Source: an uncultured virus (IMG/VR IMGVR_UViG_3300044641_006743)
Lineage: Duplodnaviria > Heunggongvirae > Uroviricota > Caudoviricetes
Virus record (IMG/VR): IMGVR_UViG_3300044641_006743
Direction: 5' to 3' (one strand)
Length of the DNA: 64,000 nt
The first letter of the stretch is position 1; every line of letters begins with the position of its first letter. This document shows, piece after piece, positions 58,913-64,000 of this stretch. A program made the translations under genes and the position numbers. The notes under the pieces were generated by a model. That model saw only the letters and a program-made list of their open reading frames with translations. It had not been told where the DNA came from and made no database searches.

Positions 58913-58942
58913 ACTTAGAATTAGAAAAAAGCATTTTGTGTT

Positions 58943-59236
58943 GTGGGTCCGGAGTACATTGCGATTGGTCTGACGGCCATTATTTCTGCTGTCACAGGCG
59001 GAAGTTGGGTTGCCAATCGTCTTCTTGAACGCCAACGCGAACGCATTCAACAAGCGCTTGACTACACCGGATCCCAGAAACGGAGAATTGACATCTTGGA
59101 AGATCAAATCAATCGGATGCCAATGGAGTATGTGCTCAAGGTTGACTTCCTAAGAGAAATCAAAGAGATGCATGACAATTTTCGCGAAATCAATAATAAG
59201 CTTGATAAGCTAATGGAAAAGATTTTATCCAAATGA
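58943..59236 (+). CDS. Membrane-anchored coiled-coil protein
   Basis: N-terminal TM; MPMEYVLKVDF..INNKLDKL. Confidence 0.65.
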   Translation: MGPEYIAIGLTAIISAVTGGSWVANRLLERQRERIQQALDYTGSQKRRIDILEDQINRMPMEYVLKVDFLREIKEMHDNFREINNKLDKLMEKILSK

Positions 59237-59415
59237 CCTACGTCGTTGAAGTCCAGGAAGACGAGAACGGAGATCAGTTCATCGTCTTACCAGACGAAGT
59301 GATTGAAGATTTGGGTTGGCAGGAGGGAGATATTCTCAATTGGGATGTACGCGGAGAGGGAATTGTCCTTTCCAAGGTCCATGACCCTTCTGGCTATGAA
59401 GTTTTAGAAGAGTAG
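59233..59415 (+). CDS. AbrB/MazE-like DNA-binding protein
   Basis: IVLPDEVIEDLGWQEGDIL. Confidence 0.75.
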   Translation: MTYVVEVQEDENGDQFIVLPDEVIEDLGWQEGDILNWDVRGEGIVLSKVHDPSGYEVLEE

Positions 59416-59441
59416 AATATAAAAATTGAAAAGGCTAGAAC

Positions 59442-59915
59442 ATGTTTTATAGCGGCGAATCTAACGTACCTGGCGCTCCAGGAAATCTATTTGCAGGCGG
59501 CAACTTCATGGGCGGCGCAGGTAGTGTCATCAACCCTGAGGCTCTCAAGCGTGATGCACGACAGCAAAAAATTTATAATAAAGGTGTAAGAACCGATAAT
59601 CCTAGCGAGAAAGAAATTTTCCTCCAGCGCACAGGGCCTCAGCTTCCTTTTGCTTACCAAGGCGGCACGTCTTCTCCTACGATGGCTTTTGTTGGCAATG
59701 CTGCAGGCATGGCTAATGCTGAATTTTTTAGGGGTCCACAATTCGACGAGATAGCTATGGAACCCCCATATACTCCGCGTGAACGAGCAGAAGATCAACT
59801 TCTTTTGCGTTCGTTACAGAAAGGCGAGATGGGTTCAGGTCCTTTGATTGATAAAGCCATTAAAGACTTAATTCAACGTACAAGCATGGGTGGGACAGGT
59901 CTTCGGGGTGTCTGA
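59442..59915 (+). CDS. Hypothetical protein
   Basis: 157-aa ORF. Confidence 0.6.
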   Translation: MFYSGESNVPGAPGNLFAGGNFMGGAGSVINPEALKRDARQQKIYNKGVRTDNPSEKEIFLQRTGPQLPFAYQGGTSSPTMAFVGNAAGMANAEFFRGPQFDEIAMEPPYTPRERAEDQLLLRSLQKGEMGSGPLIDKAIKDLIQRTSMGGTGLRGV

Positions 59916-60064
59916 TGAAAAAGAAAAAGTTAGCCAAAGAAGCTCTTAAGCATCCGGAGTTGTTTACTCCTGCTGAACTGGCTTATTTTGATCGCTGGCT
60001 TTGGCAACGAAAACAACACAAGAAAGCTGCTAAGATTGAGTTAAGTAAAAAGGAAAATAGTTAA
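59915..60064 (+). CDS. Small basic protein (49 aa, not in ORF track)
   Basis: MKKKKLAKEALKHPELFTPAELAYF...; coupled to both neighbours (TGATG and TAATG). Confidence 0.6.
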   Translation: MKKKKLAKEALKHPELFTPAELAYFDRWLWQRKQHKKAAKIELSKKENS

Positions 60065-62313
60065 TGTCCGTCGACGCAAAGGCCAGGCTGCGGGAAATCG
60101 TCGAATCGTACCTGGATAAAGATTCTGGTACCGTTGTAGACACTGGTGTCGTTGCGTCGCACCTGGCACAAATGAAACTCTTTGGTATTCGCCAAGGGGT
60201 TGAGTTTTTTCCTGGTCAAGACAACTTTGGTGCACAACGCAAAGACTTTGTAGATCGAGTCGTTAAATACAATCAGATCGATGTACGCCTGGATTCCATC
60301 TGGGATTACTTCTTGTGCGATGGCAAGGGCATTTTTTACATCCGTCCCACAAAGCAAAACTATCGCGTTTATTATTTCCGCGAACACGAGTACCGCAGTT
60401 ACTACAACGTAGACGGCGAACTAGAAGAGGTGGTGATCATCTACAGCTACAAGGTTCGCAAGGCCGGTAGTTCATACGATGGCATCAACATTGTGAATGC
60501 CACTGGTACATCAATTACTGGCGAGCCGGGCTCCAAGCGTTACATTCGTCTTTCGATCAAAGCAAACGAAATTGAAGAAACTCATTCGGATGCAGAATTA
60601 AATTTTGACATGCCCTCTGGCATGGCGCCGGGAAAAAACAAAACATTTAAAAACTCACTTGGTTTTATCCCTTGTGTTGAGATCTTCAACAACCCCAAGG
60701 GTTTTGCAAAAGAAGGGGTCGGTGAGTTCGATGCATTAGCCAACCACATCGTGACGCATGATGAGTTGGTTCGGACCATGCGGAAGAACGTTCAGTTCTT
60801 TGGTAACCCAACGCTGTTGTCGTCTCGTCCAAAGACCGACCTTATTGAGTCTGGTGGAGAGTCTGTTGTTCAGCGTCCATCCATTGCTGCGAACTCCGGC
60901 TTTGCTGGTGCTAGCCCCTTAAGCCGTTCAATGTTTAAGGCGGATCCAGTTTCCCGTGGCGTTGACGGTCAGATCCGTGTTCCACGCGTGATTGCAAACC
61001 TGGAGCCAAACGACCGTGTTGGCTACATTGTTCCAGACGCAATCACTGGTGATCAAAATAATTTTGCTCGTCAGTACAGGGAAGAAATTCGCACTGCTCT
61101 TGGGGGCGTTGATGAGCTTTCCATCTCGGCAGGCGTTACTGCAACGGAATACAAATCACTGTTTGGCCGTGTTTCCGCCACATCCAAGAAAAAAGCAAAT
61201 GCTATTTACACCTATGGTGTTTGCCGCTGCCTTGAGTTAATTATTTACCAGGAGGAGCAGTTGTTCCGCATGTCGCTTGCAGCGGCACTTGGCATTGAAC
61301 GTCCTGTTGAACCAGCAAATAACGCACCGCAAGAAGAAAAAGATGCTTACAAACAGGCCCTGGAGCAATTTGAATTACAAGTCCAAGACGCAATCAATGC
61401 TTGTATTCAAGCTCAAGATGTTCCCCCTGGTGTAACGGGCCTCATTCCAGATGGTGATCTCACTATGCTGTGGAGGTGGACGGGACCTGTTTACGAAGAT
61501 TCGACGCAAGACGTACTTAACAACTCAATTGTGGTACGAAACCTGCAAGAATTAGGTGTTGATAGCATTGAAGCACTGAAATACCTCTTTCCGTCTAAGA
61601 CGGATGAGGAACGGGCCGAGATGTTATCTGGGTTCCCGTTCAGGATGGTGAGTGAACTACAGGGCGCTTTTGCTCAATTCTCTCGCCTGGTGGGTGGCCT
61701 GATGCAGACCCCTCACCCGCAGTCACCGAACCTTCCGATGGCTGCCGATCCCAGGTTGGATTTAACTCCATATCTGTATCGAACTCTAGAGGCTTTACAA
61801 AAGGAGATGAGTTATGCAGGACGCTACCGTCCAATCGATCCCACAGACGAGCCCGACTCCGGCAGTAGCGCCGAGCAGTTACGTGACTCCGTCTTACCAG
61901 CCGAGCCAAGCCCCGGTATCGTACCAAGCAGCCCCGGCGAATTACCAGGTGGCAGCACCTCAGGTGGCCCCGGTTTACCAACCCTCAGCCCCTACTCAGT
62001 ACGCCCCCCAATCCCAACCGGCGGAAGCCCAGAGCAATCCGTGGGAATCGGCGTTCAACAAGGTGGTGAACCTGCTGAGCGCACCAGTTCAATCCCCATT
62101 CCAGGGTCAACCATCAGCGCCGACGACGACCTACGCCCCGGCCAATTACGGTTCGACCAGCAGCCCAGCTACGCAACCATCGGCTCCGCAGACCTGGTCA
62201 ACCAACCAGGCTTACTCGCCCAGCTATTCCCCAACCTCCTCGGAGGGTCTGAGCCTGGAAAGCCAACAGGTTCTCGAAGCGTTCGGAAGCGAAGCTCCCG
62301 CAATTCTAAATAA
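60064..62313 (+). CDS. Portal protein with disordered C-terminal extension
   Basis: Position between terL and the scaffold/capsid genes; NSLGFIPCVEIFN and G.GEFD segments typical of portals. Confidence 0.72.
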   Translation: MSVDAKARLREIVESYLDKDSGTVVDTGVVASHLAQMKLFGIRQGVEFFPGQDNFGAQRKDFVDRVVKYNQIDVRLDSIWDYFLCDGKGIFYIRPTKQNYRVYYFREHEYRSYYNVDGELEEVVIIYSYKVRKAGSSYDGINIVNATGTSITGEPGSKRYIRLSIKANEIEETHSDAELNFDMPSGMAPGKNKTFKNSLGFIPCVEIFNNPKGFAKEGVGEFDALANHIVTHDELVRTMRKNVQFFGNPTLLSSRPKTDLIESGGESVVQRPSIAANSGFAGASPLSRSMFKADPVSRGVDGQIRVPRVIANLEPNDRVGYIVPDAITGDQNNFARQYREEIRTALGGVDELSISAGVTATEYKSLFGRVSATSKKKANAIYTYGVCRCLELIIYQEEQLFRMSLAAALGIERPVEPANNAPQEEKDAYKQALEQFELQVQDAINACIQAQDVPPGVTGLIPDGDLTMLWRWTGPVYEDSTQDVLNNSIVVRNLQELGVDSIEALKYLFPSKTDEERAEMLSGFPFRMVSELQGAFAQFSRLVGGLMQTPHPQSPNLPMAADPRLDLTPYLYRTLEALQKEMSYAGRYRPIDPTDEPDSGSSAEQLRDSVLPAEPSPGIVPSSPGELPGGSTSGGPGLPTLSPYSVRPPIPTGGSPEQSVGIGVQQGGEPAERTSSIPIPGSTISADDDLRPGQLRFDQQPSYATIGSADLVNQPGLLAQLFPNLLGGSEPGKPTGSRSVRKRSSRNSK

Positions 62314-62740
62314 TTACGCCCTTCAGCTCGAAGGTCTGCTGGACAGTGCTGTTGCCTGGGGCCAGGAAATGACCGAAACCCTCAAGCAATATGCTGAGTT
62401 TGCCACCAACGAGCACACCGAGAATCTGGCTTACAACGAGATTCTGACCAACCCCGATGTGCTCAGCGATTACACGCTGCGCTTCTTCGGTCCTGAAGGT
62501 CCGTATCCCGTGCACGAAGGTGAAGCAGATCTGGAAGCTTACGGTTACCCAACCGAAGAAGTGAACCCAGCTGCTTATGGTGAGTTCCCAGCTCCCCCTG
62601 CTGCAGCTGCTCCCCAGCAACCTGCCAACTTCTGGGGCACCTTTAACGAAATGATGGCGCGTGATCCTCAGAATGCATGGCGTGTTCTGAACCAGGCTCA
62701 GCCCAACGTTGTGTCCAACAAACTCTTTGTGATGGAGTGA
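61814..62740 (+). CDS. Scaffold-like protein
   Basis: AAGGAG RBS at 61801; Pro/Gln/Ala-rich N-terminal half and acidic helical C-terminal half; lies between portal and capsid. Confidence 0.55.
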   Translation: MQDATVQSIPQTSPTPAVAPSSYVTPSYQPSQAPVSYQAAPANYQVAAPQVAPVYQPSAPTQYAPQSQPAEAQSNPWESAFNKVVNLLSAPVQSPFQGQPSAPTTTYAPANYGSTSSPATQPSAPQTWSTNQAYSPSYSPTSSEGLSLESQQVLEAFGSEAPAILNNYALQLEGLLDSAVAWGQEMTETLKQYAEFATNEHTENLAYNEILTNPDVLSDYTLRFFGPEGPYPVHEGEADLEAYGYPTEEVNPAAYGEFPAPPAAAAPQQPANFWGTFNEMMARDPQNAWRVLNQAQPNVVSNKLFVME

Positions 62741-62745
62741 GGCAA

Positions 62746-63279
62746 ATGCAACCATTAGGACAACGTCGTCCTTTGCTTGCATATGGAGTCCCCGCTGCTG
62801 CCGGTCTGGTAGCTGGCGGGGCTCTTGCCGCACAGGGCGAAGATCCCGGTAGTGCACTTCTTGGCGGCGTTGCCGCTGGCCTCGGTGCTCGTGGTGCTTT
62901 AGGTGCCGCACGTCTTGCTGGTAAATATGCTGGACCTGCTCGTGCTGCGCTTGCATCAAAAGCAATCGAAGGACTTGGTGCCGTTGGTGCCAACGCTCCA
63001 GCCGGTAGCAAGCGTGCTGCAATGGCACGTACTGCGATGGGACCTTTGGCTGATCTTATTAACAAAGGGATTGGCCCAGAAACAGCCGCTGCTGTTGGCG
63101 TCCCACTTGCCGCTGGTATGGCCGGTCTTGGCGGTGTTGCTGCTGGTGCTGGCCTCGGTGCTTTAGGTATTCCAGGTTTCCAGCAGGGCATGGCTATCGA
63201 TCCAGAAGGCTACAGCTCTAATAACACCCCAAGCGCACAATTCGGCGTCAAATCGCTTGCATCCACACAATATGTGTGA
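62746..63279 (+). CDS. Gly/Ala-rich hydrophobic protein
   Basis: Glycine-zipper segments; ATG 62746 preceded by GGAG/GAGG. Confidence 0.6.
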   Translation: MQPLGQRRPLLAYGVPAAAGLVAGGALAAQGEDPGSALLGGVAAGLGARGALGAARLAGKYAGPARAALASKAIEGLGAVGANAPAGSKRAAMARTAMGPLADLINKGIGPETAAAVGVPLAAGMAGLGGVAAGAGLGALGIPGFQQGMAIDPEGYSSNNTPSAQFGVKSLASTQYV

Positions 63280-63375
63280 TGTAAGTTAAGTACCTGCTAA
63301 AATTTGTGTTAGATAAGACACACGTGTCTTTATCTTTCACCCGATAAAAACACTGACACTGGAGGATAAACCAAG

Positions 63376-63387
63376 GTGTTTATTGAT
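63376..63387 (+). CDS. Probable exon 1 (MFID) of the major capsid protein
   Basis: Strong GGAGG RBS at 63361, GTG TTT ATT GAT then an in-frame TAG two codons later; position after portal and scaffold. Confidence 0.55.
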
Positions 63388-64000
63388 AGCTAGTTCAGAT
63401 CCTGGTAGGTATGACCTTTCAAGATTTGGTAAATAGCTCCGTGGTTACAGTCAAACTTTTCAGCAATCTTTCGATACGAGAGTCCTGCTTCCTTTAGAGC
63501 TTTGATCTGAGCCACGTCTTCCGAAGAAAACTTTCTCAAAGTCTTTTTCGGTTTCCCTTTACTGGCAAAGCCATTGTTTTTATAACAACCGGTTTTCCAG
63601 GCTCTTGTTAAATTTTCTTGTTTGGTAACGATCTCAAGATTGTCAAGTCGATTATTTCTCTTGTCATTATCTTTGTGATCAACTTGAAGGGAAAAGTTAC
63701 TGGTTCCATGAGAACGCAGATCTAATCCCAAAAAAGCTACAGCCATCAAGACGTGAAGATGAAAACGTTTCCTCTTCCCATCAACAAGAACTGAAACACG
63801 GTCATAAACACTGGTTGAACGAGTAGGGATCTCTTGAAAATATTCTTGATTATCGGGATCAAGTTGTTTTTCAAAAGCCTTCCCCTCTTCCGTTAAGTAA
63901 AGATTACCAAATCCAGGAACAAGCTTCGGATTCATGTTGTTCATAAACAAGTTTCCAAAGCGTAGCATGCCTCAACTGAACGCTCAACGTTGTCACCCCA
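63388..64000 (+). mobile_element. Probable group I intron, 5' part (catalytic core beyond the window)
   Basis: P1 pairing of UGAU|AGC with GUUGUCA (63989-63995) including a U.G pair at the splice site; extra stem GTTCAG (63393-63398)/CTGAAC (63976-63981). Confidence 0.6.
63390..63968 (-). CDS. HNH homing endonuclease with C-terminal HTH (antisense to the capsid gene)
   Basis: LHVLMAVAFL, QVDHKDNDKRNNRLDNLEIVTKQEN; GLSYRKIAEKFDCNHGAIYQI. Confidence 0.9.
   Translation of the reverse strand: MLRFGNLFMNNMNPKLVPGFGNLYLTEEGKAFEKQLDPDNQEYFQEIPTRSTSVYDRVSVLVDGKRKRFHLHVLMAVAFLGLDLRSHGTSNFSLQVDHKDNDKRNNRLDNLEIVTKQENLTRAWKTGCYKNNGFASKGKPKKTLRKFSSEDVAQIKALKEAGLSYRKIAEKFDCNHGAIYQILKGHTYQDLN

Noticed and set aside
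62306..63191. Long minus-strand ORFs (240 aa and 182 aa) and similar shadow ORFs elsewhere
   Set aside because: They are antisense to well-supported genes, lack an RBS or recognisable motifs, and are expected from codon bias

Overview
This 64 kb window is a segment of a large tailed dsDNA phage, most plausibly infecting a freshwater picocyanobacterium. That host call is inferred from CP12-like, NblA-like, DUF4278-like and speD genes, an NtcA-type box and non-Shine-Dalgarno C/A-rich leaders. From left to right it contains: the end of a tail-fibre gene, a tyrosine recombinase, a tail chaperone and lysis genes; HNH nucleases; a GDP-sugar/glycosyltransferase set; speD; a primase-SF3 helicase; an exonuclease; tRNA-Pro and Dps; a ~23 kb leftward early/replication region (Gp157, DUF5895-like, SSB, family A DNA polymerase, thyX, tRNA-Leu, PcfJ and many small ORFs); a divergent control region near 46.8-47.5 kb; and a rightward virion module (probable internal proteins, terminase, portal, scaffold-like protein and the first codons of the probable major capsid gene). 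Four observations stand out. (1) Four separate families of covarying, structured intergenic repeats are ordered along the early transcript, each just upstream of a gene; one is a six-copy H-type pseudoknot. (2) An HNH-AP2 element sits inside speD and supplies a recoded replacement 3' end, leaving the original 3' end orphaned. (3) A probable group I intron follows codon 4 of the capsid gene and carries an antisense HNH ORF in its P1 loop. (4) The portal and scaffold-like genes share a 500-nt dual-coding overlap. All calls come from reading the sequence by eye; no searches were run.
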